From Spirochaetia bacterium (lineage in GTDB: Bacteria > Spirochaetota > Spirochaetia > WTKD01 > G963693115): DNA of 64,000 nt. The stretch covers positions 32,001-96,000 of the forward strand of contig CBDDCA010000002.1 of NCBI GenBank assembly GCA_965226055.1, written 5' to 3'. Made by a program: the position numbers and the translations under genes. Below the pieces are notes generated by a model. It had not been told where the DNA came from. It made no database searches and saw only the letters and a list, made by a program, of their open reading frames with translations. This document shows, one piece after another, positions 1-10,158 of the stretch. Each line of letters opens with the position of its first letter. Position 1 is the first letter of the stretch.

Positions 1-1
1 A

Positions 2-88
2 GAAGAAATGAAAAGGATAGATGGATTGGACAGAGATTATCATTCAGGTCCACGTCCAGATGATATGTATGATCGTGATATATCATAG
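2..88 (+). CDS. 3' end of a gene entering the window, possibly an aldo/keto reductase
   Basis: Frame 2 reads EEMKRIDGLDRDYHSGPRPDDMYDRDIS*, resembling AKR C-termini (partial, weak). Confidence 0.4.
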   Translation, partial: EEMKRIDGLDRDYHSGPRPDDMYDRDIS

Positions 89-105
89 TAATCTTATGTC
101 TTTGT

Positions 106-525
106 ATGAAAGTAGTATTAACACGCATAGATGATAAGGTACGTTTTTTAGCAAAAGCAAATGATAATTATGTATACATAGATGGTCCTCCTTCGATGGG
201 AGGGAAAGAAGCTGGATTTCGTCCAATGGAGCTACTATTATCTGCACTTGCTTCCTGTGCAAGTTTTGATTTTGCAAGTATGTTGTATAAACAAGGGATA
301 GAAGTCGAAGATATTCTTGTAGAAATTGAAGGACAACGAAAGCAGGAAGGTAGCACTAACCCTTTTTCTTGTATTGAAATTGTTTTCATATTGCAAGGCA
401 TAGCATCTCATGTTTCAAAATCTCTTATTGATTATCTTGCAAAAAAAGCAGTGTATGAATTGTGCTCGGTAGGAGCCACATTGCGTAAGGAGACTGAGAT
501 AAAATATGCTATACAGTATGTGTAA
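106..525 (+). CDS. OsmC/Ohr (YhfA-like) family protein
   Basis: GG..GFRPMELLL.ALA.C motif and second Cys in ELCSV. Confidence 0.85.
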   Translation: MKVVLTRIDDKVRFLAKANDNYVYIDGPPSMGGKEAGFRPMELLLSALASCASFDFASMLYKQGIEVEDILVEIEGQRKQEGSTNPFSCIEIVFILQGIASHVSKSLIDYLAKKAVYELCSVGATLRKETEIKYAIQYV

Positions 526-587
526 TACTCATTTTAAAAATTGTATTGTTATGTTAATTTTTTGTATTACAGTATATACATGATATT

Positions 588-660
588 ATAGATTATGAAA
601 ATGCCTTTTTTTGACATCTGCTGAAGCCTTTGCTGTCGCAATTAGTTCTTGAATTTGCAA
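588..660 (+). mobile_element. Degenerate remnant of the IS30-family right end (transposase 3' end plus IRR)
   Basis: ttttttgacatctgctgaagcctttgctgtcgcaattagttcttgaatttgcaa aligns with tttttgacccctgctgaagccttttctgtcgcatttagtccttgaatccgcag at the end of the IS (to 40783). Confidence 0.85.
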
Positions 661-677
661 ACTATGTGGGCATATTC

Positions 678-706
678 TTGTATTTTTATGCAGATTATAT
701 TATAGT
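678..706 (+). promoter_or_regulatory. Putative sigma70 promoter of ffh (near-leaderless)
   Basis: TTGTAT-17nt-TATAGT ending 8 nt before the ATG; no SD. Confidence 0.45.
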
Positions 707-714
707 GTAATAGT

Positions 715-2076
715 ATGCTAGATACATTACAACGAGGATTTCAATCAATAGTCAAAAAAGTTACTGGGAAAGGCCATGTGTCAGAGTCAAATATAAAAGA
801 CAGCATAGAAGAAGTAAAGCAGTCGTTACTTGAAGCTGATGTCAATGTTCGTGTGGTAAGACGCTTTGTAAATAGGACTGTTGAGCAGGCTTTGGGAACA
901 GAAGTATTACGCTCATTGAATCCTGGACAGCAATTTATAAAAATATTAAATGATAATCTTGTTCAGTTTTTAGGCGAAAAACATCAAGATATAGAGTTAC
1001 AAGGAAACCCTGCAACATTACTTATGTGTGGACTGCAAGGGTCAGGAAAAACTACAAGTAGTGCAAAATTAGCGCTATATTACAAAAATGATCAGAAAAC
1101 AGTAGCCTTGCTTGCTCTTGATCTCACACGCCCTGCAGCTATACAGCAACTAGAACAGTTAGGGGAAAAAATAGCCGTTCCAGTTATTACACGAGATACA
1201 TTAGGGCTTTCTCATACTGTATCACTAGAGCAGATTGTACAAAAAGCACAACAGCATGCAAAACAACAAGGATACGAGGTGCTTATCATTGACACTGCTG
1301 GGCGTACCGAGCTTGATCAAGGATTATTGAACGAAATAGGGAGTATTCAGAAAGTTACGAAAAGCTGTGCTAGAATATTAGTGCTTGATGCTCTTACGGG
1401 ACAGACAGCAGTAGATATAGCTAAAAATTTTCATAGTGCAGTAGAACTTACTGGACTTATATTTACAAAAGTTGATTCTGATGCGCGTGGAGGAGCATTG
1501 CTAAGTGTAAAAACAGCAGTAGGCATTCCTGTACATTTCATTGGTTCTGGTGAAACAATGGAAGCGTTAGAGCCTTTTCATCCTGATAGAATGGCATCAC
1601 GGATATTAGGTATGGGAGACGTTGTAAGTTTTGTTGAAAAAGTGCAAGGACAAGTGGATCAAGAACAAGCAGAGAAATTACAAAAGAAAATTCTAAAAAA
1701 AACATTTACTTTGCAAGATTACCTTGAACAAATGCAACAAATCACTAAGATAGGATCATTGGATAAAATAGCAGCAATGATGCCAGGGATGAGTGCTGAT
1801 CAATTACAAAACATAGATACAAAACAAGTACGGCGTGAAGAAGCGATATTATTGTCCATGACTGTGCGTGAACGAGAGAACCCTAAAATACTAGGTTTTT
1901 CAAGAAGAAGCAGAATAGCAAAAGGAAGTGGAAATACGGTAGCAAAAGTGAATGCTCTCTTAAAGAAGTTTGAAAAAATGAGGCAAATGATGAAAAAAAC
2001 GATAAAAGACCCTAAAAAAGTAGCCTCTTTATTTGGAAATGTAGATCCTAATATGCTACAAAATATGAAAAATTAA
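715..2076 (+). CDS. ffh: Signal recognition particle protein Ffh
   Basis: GLQGSGKTT, DTAGR, TKVDSDARGG, FHPDRMASRILGMGD, Met-rich M domain. Confidence 0.98.
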   Translation: MLDTLQRGFQSIVKKVTGKGHVSESNIKDSIEEVKQSLLEADVNVRVVRRFVNRTVEQALGTEVLRSLNPGQQFIKILNDNLVQFLGEKHQDIELQGNPATLLMCGLQGSGKTTSSAKLALYYKNDQKTVALLALDLTRPAAIQQLEQLGEKIAVPVITRDTLGLSHTVSLEQIVQKAQQHAKQQGYEVLIIDTAGRTELDQGLLNEIGSIQKVTKSCARILVLDALTGQTAVDIAKNFHSAVELTGLIFTKVDSDARGGALLSVKTAVGIPVHFIGSGETMEALEPFHPDRMASRILGMGDVVSFVEKVQGQVDQEQAEKLQKKILKKTFTLQDYLEQMQQITKIGSLDKIAAMMPGMSADQLQNIDTKQVRREEAILLSMTVRERENPKILGFSRRSRIAKGSGNTVAKVNALLKKFEKMRQMMKKTIKDPKKVASLFGNVDPNMLQNMKN

Positions 2077-2174
2077 GAAAAATAATGTTTACTATTTATA
2101 GAATGTGTACTATATTATAAATAGCTACTAAAATGCTGTAGTAAAAAAGTATAAAATCCTATGAAGGAGGAGTT

Positions 2175-2429
2175 GTGGTTAAGATACGCTTAAAGAAATT
2201 TGGGAAGAAACGGCAAGCATCATATCGTCTTGTAGTAATGGATGCACGGACTAACAGAGATGGACGTGCCATTGATGAGATTGGGTTCTATCATCCCCTT
2301 AATAAAGAAGAAAAAGATCAGATACGTGTTGATTTAGAGAAAGTAGAGTATTGGGTATCAAAAGGGGCTCAAAAAACAGATACAGTTTCTAAAATTATCA
2401 ATAAATTTAAAAGAAATAATGTAAGCTAA
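2175..2429 (+). CDS. rpsP: 30S ribosomal protein S16
   Basis: MVKIRLKKFGKK..YRLVVMD.R..RDG; strong SD aaggagg before GTG. Confidence 0.97.
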   Translation: MVKIRLKKFGKKRQASYRLVVMDARTNRDGRAIDEIGFYHPLNKEEKDQIRVDLEKVEYWVSKGAQKTDTVSKIINKFKRNNVS

Positions 2430-2440
2430 AAGGAGGCTAT

Positions 2441-2674
2441 ATGGAAAAGGAATTTGTTGAGTATGTAGCAAAAGCTTTGGTTGATGAACCAGAAGCGGTT
2501 GAGGTTCAAGCATTAGAAGGTGAAAAATCAATTATACTTGAACTTAAAATAGCACAAAATGATATTGGGAAAGTAATTGGAAAGCAAGGAAGAATTGCTC
2601 GTTCAATTCGTGTTCTTTTAAGTGCTATAGCAACAAAAACAGGAAAGCGTGTTAATCTTCATATATTAGATTAG
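2441..2674 (+). CDS. khpA: KH-domain RNA-binding protein
   Basis: DIGKVIGKQGRIARSIR; conserved position after rpsP. Confidence 0.93.
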   Translation: MEKEFVEYVAKALVDEPEAVEVQALEGEKSIILELKIAQNDIGKVIGKQGRIARSIRVLLSAIATKTGKRVNLHILD

Positions 2675-2710
2675 TACCATTGTAAGAAGTTGCAATAACC
2701 ACGTTCTCAT

Positions 2711-2748
2711 GTCTATACTACACTATTACCATGTGTAGTAAGACTTTT
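2711..2748 (+). terminator. Possible intrinsic terminator after khpA
   Basis: gtct-a-tactacac / gtgtagta-agac hairpin followed by tttt. Confidence 0.4.
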
Positions 2749-2832
2749 GTATACTTTCATATATAAATCTTCATGTGGAAATTTCATATAGAAATTTTCA
2801 TATAGAAATATAGACAAGTAGTATTTGTAGTA

Positions 2833-3387
2833 ATGAAACATACGTCAATACATACACAGTATATTGTCACAGGACGATTGCTTAAACCTTTTGGTCTAAA
2901 AGGAGAAATTGTTTTTTTGTCCTATTCTGGAGAAACAGAACATTTTAAGCAAGTAAAGACGGTATATCTTGGTAATTCATATGAGCAAAAACAGGTAGAG
3001 TACTGGGTAGGACTTGACTCAGCTACTTCACATCAAAAAAAAGCACAAGGCAAAAAGATACGATGTAAGCTATTACATATTGATACCCCTGAAACAGCAA
3101 AGGATCTATGCAATCAGGATGTGTCAATAGAGAGGGCTTTGGCATCTCCACTGTATCATCAAGAATGGTATATATCAGATATGGTTTCATTACAAATATG
3201 CTGTGATGGAAAGTATGTAGGGGTAATTGAAGCAGTGTCTCATGATGCGTTTCAACCACTATTGCGTATACGCTGGAATAATCAAAAAGAGGGACTTATT
3301 CCTTTTAATAAGCACTTTTTTTCTAATCCTAATACAGATACAGGAAGTATAGAGCTGCTCAATGCAGCTCTTGTAGATATGACCTAA
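2833..3387 (+). CDS. rimM: Ribosome maturation factor RimM
   Basis: GRLLKPFGLKGE, WYISD, LIPF; between khpA and trmD. Confidence 0.9.
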   Translation: MKHTSIHTQYIVTGRLLKPFGLKGEIVFLSYSGETEHFKQVKTVYLGNSYEQKQVEYWVGLDSATSHQKKAQGKKIRCKLLHIDTPETAKDLCNQDVSIERALASPLYHQEWYISDMVSLQICCDGKYVGVIEAVSHDAFQPLLRIRWNNQKEGLIPFNKHFFSNPNTDTGSIELLNAALVDMT

Positions 3388-3406
3388 CTATTGTTGTATA
3401 CATAGC

Positions 3407-4108
3407 ATGAAAATCCATATTATTAGTTTGTTTCCACAACTAGTAGAACATTATTTTTCTACCTCTATTATTGGTCGTGCAAAGGAAGCAAATATAATTG
3501 AGGTCAATGTTATACATTTACGTGATTTTGCATATGATACACATAAAACATGTGATGATGAACCGTATGGGGGAGGGTATGGCATGATTCTTAAAGCAGA
3601 GCCTCTTGCTGCTGCGCTTGATTCAGTATTACCTCCAAAGCAATGTTATCATAAGGATATGTCTCAACATTCTCCGTTGGTGGTGTTTCCTACGCCTGTA
3701 GCTCCTCTTTTTACTCAGAGTGATGCACAATCTCTTGCATTGGAGAGTGAACTTGTATTTATATGTGGAAAATATGAAGGCATTGATCAACGTATTATTG
3801 ATGTATATGTAGACAAAGTTTTCTCTATTGGTGAATATGTACTTTCTTCTGGAGAAGTTGCAAGTATGGTAATTCTTGATGCAGCCTTACGTTTAATAGA
3901 AGGGGTAATACGCGAAGAATCTGTACAAGATGAGAGTTACAGGGAAAATTTGCTAGAGTATCCACAATATACTCGTCCTGCTGAATTTAAGGGAGTATCG
4001 GTGCCTGAAGTACTCCTATCAGGAAATCATAAGAAAATTGCCCAGTGGCGTGAAGAACAAAAGTACATACGCACTAAAAAATATCGCCCTGATCTTCTTT
4101 CTTCATAA
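3407..4108 (+). CDS. trmD: tRNA (guanine37-N1)-methyltransferase
   Basis: DDEPYGGGYGM, CGKYEGIDQR, SIGEYVLSSGE, LLEYPQYTRP. Confidence 0.98.
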   Translation: MKIHIISLFPQLVEHYFSTSIIGRAKEANIIEVNVIHLRDFAYDTHKTCDDEPYGGGYGMILKAEPLAAALDSVLPPKQCYHKDMSQHSPLVVFPTPVAPLFTQSDAQSLALESELVFICGKYEGIDQRIIDVYVDKVFSIGEYVLSSGEVASMVILDAALRLIEGVIREESVQDESYRENLLEYPQYTRPAEFKGVSVPEVLLSGNHKKIAQWREEQKYIRTKKYRPDLLSS

Positions 4109-4144
4109 TATTTAAGCATACATACTTGCGTGTAATTGTGTATT

Positions 4145-4180
4145 CACTGTATGTGAGACTGTATATAAGACTGTATATGA
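4145..4180 (+). repeat. Three tandem 12-bp imperfect repeats
   Basis: cactgtatgtga gactgtatataa gactgtatatga. Confidence 0.7.
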
Positions 4181-4188
4181 GGTAATGG

Positions 4189-4228
4189 CTTTTTTGCTCC
4201 TTTGTCGCAGTTAATCCTTGAACTTGTG
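4189..4228 (-). mobile_element. Solo IS30-family left end (IRL)
   Basis: tttttgctcctttgtcgcagttaatccttgaacttgtg differs at 2 positions from the IS end finishing at 33163. Confidence 0.92.
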
Positions 4229-4348
4229 ATTTCATGCTGTATAGCTTGATTATATTTTATATTTTATATATACTAGTAAACATAGTAAATTAAAATAAAG
4301 CCTTAACTAATATCTACACAATATCTACTATAGAGGAGGAATTGAAAA

Positions 4349-5806
4349 ATGTTTGATAAAAATAAAATAAGAAATTTTGTTAATGGTTCTTTTATTGATG
4401 CTAGTGCATCGGATGTACATGCACTATACAGCCCTGTAGATGGGTCAATAATAGCGAAAGGTCATTATTCTTCTTCAAAAGATATTGATGATGCTGTTAC
4501 CGTTGCGTCAGATGCACAAAAAAGATGGGCATTATTAACACATAAAAAACGTGCTGAAGTAATGTATAACTATCTCTTTCTTTTAAAAAAACATAGGGAA
4601 GAGTTAGCCGAAATATGTCATATTGAAAATGGAAAAACTATGGGAGAGGCACTTGCTGGTGCCGATAAAGCTATTGAGTTATGTGAGTTTGCAGCATCAA
4701 TGCCACAAATAGTATCTGGTGAAGTACAACAAGTGAGTAAAGGGGTGGTATGTGCTACTCATAGAGTACCGATTGGGGTTGTTGCTTCGATAACTCCATT
4801 TAATTTTCCTATTATGGTACCCCATTGGACAGTGCCAAATGCCCTTGTACTTGGCAATGCTGTTATTCTAAAGCCTTCGGAGCTTACTCCTTTGTCTGCA
4901 CTAAAGAGTGCTGAATTATGGAAAGAAGCAGGGCTTCCTGATGGATTACTCAATGTTATGGTAGGAGCAAAAGAAACAGTCGAGGCTATTTGTGATCATC
5001 CGAAAATTGATGGTGTAACATTTGTAGGATCAACTCCTATAGCAAAAATTGTGTATCAGCGTTCTTCTCAATCATTAAAGCGAGTCATAAGCTGTGGTGG
5101 TGCAAAGAACTATATTTTACTCAGTGAGCATGCACATCCACAGTCGGTACAAGACATTGTAGCAGCATTTTCTGGTATGTGTGGTCAACGTTGTATGGCA
5201 GCATCGGTACTTGTTACTATTGGTACACTTGATACGCAGTTGTCTGCTATTGTTTCTGCAGCAGAGAAACTTATTCCAGGAAGAGATACTGGTGCTATGA
5301 TAAGTAAACAATCTATAGAGAAGGTGTCAGCGTATCTTGATGAAGCACAAAGTCTTGGAGCAAAAATACTATTGGATGGAAGAAAGATAAAAAGTGAAGG
5401 GCATGAGCATGGATATTATATTGGTCCTTCTATTATTGATTGGCGAGGAAATGAAGATAAAATGCCTCTTGAAGAAATTTTTGGTCCTACTTTAGAAATA
5501 CTAGAAGCAGATTCACTGGAATCAGCATGTGCAATACAGCGAAAAACACCGTATGGAAATGCAGTTTCAATATTTACGCAAAATGGAAGAGAAGCAGTAG
5601 AAACAGTACAGCAGTGTAGTGCAGGAATGGTAGGGGTAAATATTGGCATCCCTGTCCCACGAGAACCCTTTTCTTTTGGTGGTATCAATGATTCTCGTTT
5701 TGGGCAAGGCGGTATTACAGGAAAGCCTATTGTAGATTTTCTGAGTGATATAATAAAAGTAACTACTAAATGGAATCCTGAAGATAAAAAAGATTGGATG
5801 AGTTAG
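4349..5806 (+). CDS. iolA: CoA-acylating (methyl)malonate-semialdehyde dehydrogenase
   Basis: ITPFNFPIMVP.W, FVGST, GGAKN, GQRCMA, EEIFGP, GMVGVNIGIPVP. Confidence 0.9.
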   Translation: MFDKNKIRNFVNGSFIDASASDVHALYSPVDGSIIAKGHYSSSKDIDDAVTVASDAQKRWALLTHKKRAEVMYNYLFLLKKHREELAEICHIENGKTMGEALAGADKAIELCEFAASMPQIVSGEVQQVSKGVVCATHRVPIGVVASITPFNFPIMVPHWTVPNALVLGNAVILKPSELTPLSALKSAELWKEAGLPDGLLNVMVGAKETVEAICDHPKIDGVTFVGSTPIAKIVYQRSSQSLKRVISCGGAKNYILLSEHAHPQSVQDIVAAFSGMCGQRCMAASVLVTIGTLDTQLSAIVSAAEKLIPGRDTGAMISKQSIEKVSAYLDEAQSLGAKILLDGRKIKSEGHEHGYYIGPSIIDWRGNEDKMPLEEIFGPTLEILEADSLESACAIQRKTPYGNAVSIFTQNGREAVETVQQCSAGMVGVNIGIPVPREPFSFGGINDSRFGQGGITGKPIVDFLSDIIKVTTKWNPEDKKDWMS

Positions 5807-5840
5807 AAATAAATCTATTAAAAACAATAAAGGAGAGCGT

Positions 5841-6911
5841 ATGGCATCTACATATGAACCATTAACACAAATGGTAAAAAATTTTCCGACACAGTTTTGG
5901 AATGATTCTTGTTCTTTATCTGAACTTAAGTATGCTATAGCAAGAGGAGCTACTGGAGCAACGACTAATCCAGTGATAGTAAAGACTGTGCTTGATACTG
6001 AATTTGCTAGTTACAAAAGTGAGCTTACAAAAGCTATAAGGAATAATGCTTCTGCTACAGAGGATGATATTACATGGCATATGATTGAGTATGCTGCAAA
6101 ATTGGGAGCAAAGCAATTTGAGAAAATATTTGATCCTCAAAAAGGAGTAGGACGTCTTTCTATACAAACTAATACAAAGTATTATAGAAATGCTCAAAAA
6201 TTAGTAGAACAGGCACTTCATTTTCATACTCTTGCTCCAAATATGCAAGTAAAATTGCCTGCTACAAACGCTGGTATAGAAGCTATTGAGGAAGTAACTT
6301 ACAGAGGAGTAAGTATAAATGCTACTGTATCTTTTACTGTTTCACAGGCTGTTGCTGTTGCTGAGGCAGTGGAACGAGCTTTTGCACGGAGAGTACAGGA
6401 ACAAAAGAGTAATAGTGAAATACATCCAGTATGTACATTGATGGTGGGAAGATTGGACGATTGGCTGAAAATAGTAGTTGCAAAGAAAAATCTTACTGTA
6501 GATCCAGAAGCTCTTGAATGGTGTGGGGTAGCAGCTATGAAGCAGGCATATAAGTATTATCAAGAAAAAGGGTATGCAACAAAATTATTATCTGCAGCAT
6601 ATAGGAATCATCACCATTGGTCACAATTTATTGGTGGAGATGTAATTCAGACTATTCCTTGTGGATGGCAAAAGCGTTTTAATGCAAGCAAAGTGCAAGT
6701 AACATCAAGAATGGATGATGAAGTACCACATGCCTATCTTAAGCAGTTATCTGCAATTTCCGAATTTAAGAAAGCGTATACTGTAGGTGGTATAAAGAAT
6801 CATAATTTTGATAGCTATGGGGCAACAGTGCGAACTCTTGTACAGTTTGCAAATGGATATGATGATTTAGTAAAGATAATTCGGTCTCATATGTTACAAA
6901 TGCCTTTTTAG
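5841..6911 (+). CDS. Transaldolase family protein
   Basis: WNDS, GATTNP, VKLPAT..G, GVSINATVSFTVSQ, MVGRLDD. Confidence 0.88.
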   Translation: MASTYEPLTQMVKNFPTQFWNDSCSLSELKYAIARGATGATTNPVIVKTVLDTEFASYKSELTKAIRNNASATEDDITWHMIEYAAKLGAKQFEKIFDPQKGVGRLSIQTNTKYYRNAQKLVEQALHFHTLAPNMQVKLPATNAGIEAIEEVTYRGVSINATVSFTVSQAVAVAEAVERAFARRVQEQKSNSEIHPVCTLMVGRLDDWLKIVVAKKNLTVDPEALEWCGVAAMKQAYKYYQEKGYATKLLSAAYRNHHHWSQFIGGDVIQTIPCGWQKRFNASKVQVTSRMDDEVPHAYLKQLSAISEFKKAYTVGGIKNHNFDSYGATVRTLVQFANGYDDLVKIIRSHMLQMPF

Positions 6912-6936
6912 TGATAGTATAGAGTATAGTTATAGT

Positions 6937-7836
6937 ATGTTTTCTGCGAAAGAAGTAAAAATAGGGGTTGCTCCTATAAATTGGTCAAATGATGATCTCC
7001 CTGAACTTGGTGGGCATATTTCCTTTGAGACATGTATTAAAGAAATGCAAGAAGCTAGATTTGAAGGCTGTGAAGTAGGGAATAAATTTCCACGTGACCC
7101 CTATATATTAAAAGATATGCTCGCTGAAAGAAATCTTCAAGTGTGTAATCAATGGTTTAGTTTTACTTTGAGTACAGAACCACTTTCTATAGTGAAAGAA
7201 CGGTTTATTGCACTATTAGAATTTTTACGTGTATTTGATGTTACTGTAGTAGGAGGAGGAGAGGTTGGCACAAGTATACAAGGGAAACCTCTTCCTTTAT
7301 TTGAAGCGAAGCCAAATAATTCTTTAGAGCAATGGCGAAATATTAGTGTAGGATTGGAAGAGTTAGGAAAAATTTCAAAAGAGGAATATGGTATATCGCT
7401 GTGTTTTCATCCTCATCTTGGTACTTGTATACAGACTATGGAAGAGACAGAGCTTTTACTGGATAGTACAGATCCAGATACTGTGTTTATCAATTATGAT
7501 TGTGGACATATATATGCGAGCGGTGATGATCCTCTTGCTTGTTTGCAGAAAATAGGGAATCGTGTGCGTCATGTGCACTTGAAAGATGTGAGAAAAAATA
7601 TTCTTGATAAAGTAAAAGACGAGCATTTATCGTTTCTTGATGGAGTAAAGAGAGGATTGTTTACTATTCCTTCTGATGGTGATATACAATGTATTCCTCA
7701 AATTATACAAGAGTTAGCGAAATTACGCTATAAAGGGTGGCTAGTGATAGAAGCAGAGCAGGATCCTTCACTGGCTCCTCCTTTAGAGTTTGCAAAGCGT
7801 AGTCGAGAGTTTATTTATCAACACACTGGATTATAA
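6937..7836 (+). CDS. iolE: myo-inosose-2 dehydratase
   Basis: APINWSNDDLPELG, FHPH.GT, HVHLKDVR, GWLVIEAEQDP. Confidence 0.95.
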   Translation: MFSAKEVKIGVAPINWSNDDLPELGGHISFETCIKEMQEARFEGCEVGNKFPRDPYILKDMLAERNLQVCNQWFSFTLSTEPLSIVKERFIALLEFLRVFDVTVVGGGEVGTSIQGKPLPLFEAKPNNSLEQWRNISVGLEELGKISKEEYGISLCFHPHLGTCIQTMEETELLLDSTDPDTVFINYDCGHIYASGDDPLACLQKIGNRVRHVHLKDVRKNILDKVKDEHLSFLDGVKRGLFTIPSDGDIQCIPQIIQELAKLRYKGWLVIEAEQDPSLAPPLEFAKRSREFIYQHTGL

Positions 7837-7899
7837 TTTATTTATCATTATTCTTTTTTCTTACTTTATCAAAATGTATGGCTCTATGTACTGGTAGCG

Positions 7900-8622
7900 G
7901 TGAGTGCAGTAATTTCAGGTATGTCTAAAAGTGGGTTTCAAGGCATCAATCTTATTCCTTCTTTGGTACTTATGTACTTTTTTGGGGTAAAAGAGACTAT
8001 TGCTTTTTCTTTGTTATTTTTTATTATTGGTGATATATATGCAGCATTTCATTATCGGAAATCTGTAGATGTCTCCATTTTTGTTGTATTTATTCCATGG
8101 GCTATAGTTGGGGTAGCAATATCTGGTATATTTGGCATGTTTGTATCAGAGAAAGTACTTACTCTTGTAATTGTAGCTATTATCATATACTTGCTTATTG
8201 TCACTATTTTACAAGAATCTCGACAGAAAGAAGGTATAGTGTATGCAGAATCTTCTTCTCCGTTTGTGTTGTTGTTCTATGGTGTGTTTGCTGGGGTTGC
8301 TTCTACATTGGCTAATTTTGGAGGCACAGTTATTGCTATATATCTGCTTAAAAGAAAGCTCTTAAAACGGTATATTATTGGTACAGGAGCTTTTGTATTT
8401 CTTAGCATGAATATACTAAAAACAGGGGTATTCTATTTTATGTGGGAGGCATATACTTTAGAAACAGTATTATTGGCTATAGGGTTTTGGCCTTGGTGCA
8501 TTGTAGGGGCAGTATTAGGAAGAAAAATATCAGATAAAATTCCAGAGAAATTGTATCGTTGGGTGCTGATTACATTAATTTCTTTCTCTTGTTTGATACT
8601 GCTCTTAAAAGAATATATGTAA
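7900..8622 (+). CDS. TauE/SafE (TSUP) family membrane protein; true start probably upstream
   Basis: GMSKSGF motif, about 8 hydrophobic segments, STLANFGG. Confidence 0.8.
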   Translation: MSAVISGMSKSGFQGINLIPSLVLMYFFGVKETIAFSLLFFIIGDIYAAFHYRKSVDVSIFVVFIPWAIVGVAISGIFGMFVSEKVLTLVIVAIIIYLLIVTILQESRQKEGIVYAESSSPFVLLFYGVFAGVASTLANFGGTVIAIYLLKRKLLKRYIIGTGAFVFLSMNILKTGVFYFMWEAYTLETVLLAIGFWPWCIVGAVLGRKISDKIPEKLYRWVLITLISFSCLILLLKEYM

Positions 8623-8655
8623 GCAATGCTATTTGTGGTATACTTATTATAGTGA

Positions 8656-10158
8656 ATGCTAGAGCTTAGAAATATTAGTAAAACATTTCCTGGTATAAAC
8701 GCATTGAGCAATGTTACGCTTACTGTTCGTAAGGCTTCTGTACATGTAGTATGTGGAGAGAATGGTGCAGGAAAATCTACTGTTATGAAGATTCTGAGTG
8801 GAGTATATCGTCCTGATTCGGGAAATATATTTTTACATGGAAAAGAAATTTTTATCAAAACTCCTATAGATGCAGAGAAATATCGTATATCTATGATATT
8901 TCAAGAATTAAATTATATTCCAGAAATTACTATTGCTGAATTTTTATATCTAGGGCATTGGCCTACAACATTTCTTAACACTATTGATTGGAAATCAATA
9001 CAAGAGAATGCAAAACAAATTCTTAAAAATGAGCATATTCCTTTTTCTTTTGATACTAAATTAAAAGATATTTCTATCTCTACTATTCAATTACTTGAAA
9101 TAATAAAAGCTACTGTTATTGGTAATTCTGATATTATCATTATGGATGAGCCAACTTCTGCTATTACTAATAATGAGGTGGAACTTTTGTTTAAGAAGAT
9201 AGAAACTCTTACATCACAAGGAAAAAGTATTATTTATGTATCTCATAAAATGGAAGAAATTTTTCAAATTGCAGATGATATTAGTATTTTACGAGATGGG
9301 TTTCTTGTTTCAAGTGGAGACAAAGCGAGCTTTACAATGGATAGTGTTATTACCCATATGGTAGGACGAGAGATATCACGTGAATATCCTAAAAAAGAAG
9401 TGCCTCAAGGGAATATGCTTTTGGAAGTAAAGGGTATTTCAAATGAGGCATTTCACTCTGTTTCTTTTTCGTTAAGAGAAGGTGAGATTATAGGCTTTGC
9501 TGGTTTGATAGGAGCAGGCAGAACAGAAGTGGCCAGAGCTCTCTTTGGGTTGGATGCATATGCTCATGGTGCTGTGTATGTGAGAAATCAGTCTGTGAAT
9601 ATACGTAATCCTATTGATGCCATTCAACGAGGCATAGTTATGCTCTCTGAAGATAGAAGACGGTTTGGGCTTATTCCTATAAGAAGTGTAAAGGAGAATA
9701 TCACATTGTCATCTTTACAACAGTATATACATCATGGGAAACTTCATAAAAAAGCAGAAGAAAAAGATGTGAACAATTTATGTGAAAAAATGAATATCAA
9801 AACTGCATCTATTGATGTGAATGTTGATGTGCTCAGTGGAGGTAATCAACAAAAAGTAGTGTTTGCAAAGTGGTTGCTACAAAATCCTAGTATTTTTATC
9901 ATGGATGAGCCTACAAGAGGGATAGATGTTGGTGCAAAATATGAAATGTACACATTGATGCAAGAATTAGTACAGCAGAAGAAAGGAATACTTATGATCT
10001 CTTCGGAACTTCCAGAGTTGATGGGTATGTGTGATAGAATTTATGTACTCCATGAAGGAACTATCACTGGAGAAATACGGAGACATGATTTTAATTCTGA
10101 AACTATTATGAAATATGCTACAGGATTAGAGAGAACTGCAGTAAAGGAATATGTATGA
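8656..10158 (+). CDS. Sugar ABC transporter ATP-binding protein (RbsA/MglA type)
   Basis: GENGAGKST, two NBDs, LSGGNQQK, DEPTRGIDVGAK. Confidence 0.95.
   Translation: MLELRNISKTFPGINALSNVTLTVRKASVHVVCGENGAGKSTVMKILSGVYRPDSGNIFLHGKEIFIKTPIDAEKYRISMIFQELNYIPEITIAEFLYLGHWPTTFLNTIDWKSIQENAKQILKNEHIPFSFDTKLKDISISTIQLLEIIKATVIGNSDIIIMDEPTSAITNNEVELLFKKIETLTSQGKSIIYVSHKMEEIFQIADDISILRDGFLVSSGDKASFTMDSVITHMVGREISREYPKKEVPQGNMLLEVKGISNEAFHSVSFSLREGEIIGFAGLIGAGRTEVARALFGLDAYAHGAVYVRNQSVNIRNPIDAIQRGIVMLSEDRRRFGLIPIRSVKENITLSSLQQYIHHGKLHKKAEEKDVNNLCEKMNIKTASIDVNVDVLSGGNQQKVVFAKWLLQNPSIFIMDEPTRGIDVGAKYEMYTLMQELVQQKKGILMISSELPELMGMCDRIYVLHEGTITGEIRRHDFNSETIMKYATGLERTAVKEYV

Noticed and set aside
2777-2812. 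gaaatttcatata tandem duplication before rimM
   Set aside because: Short low-complexity AT-rich slippage; no evidence of function
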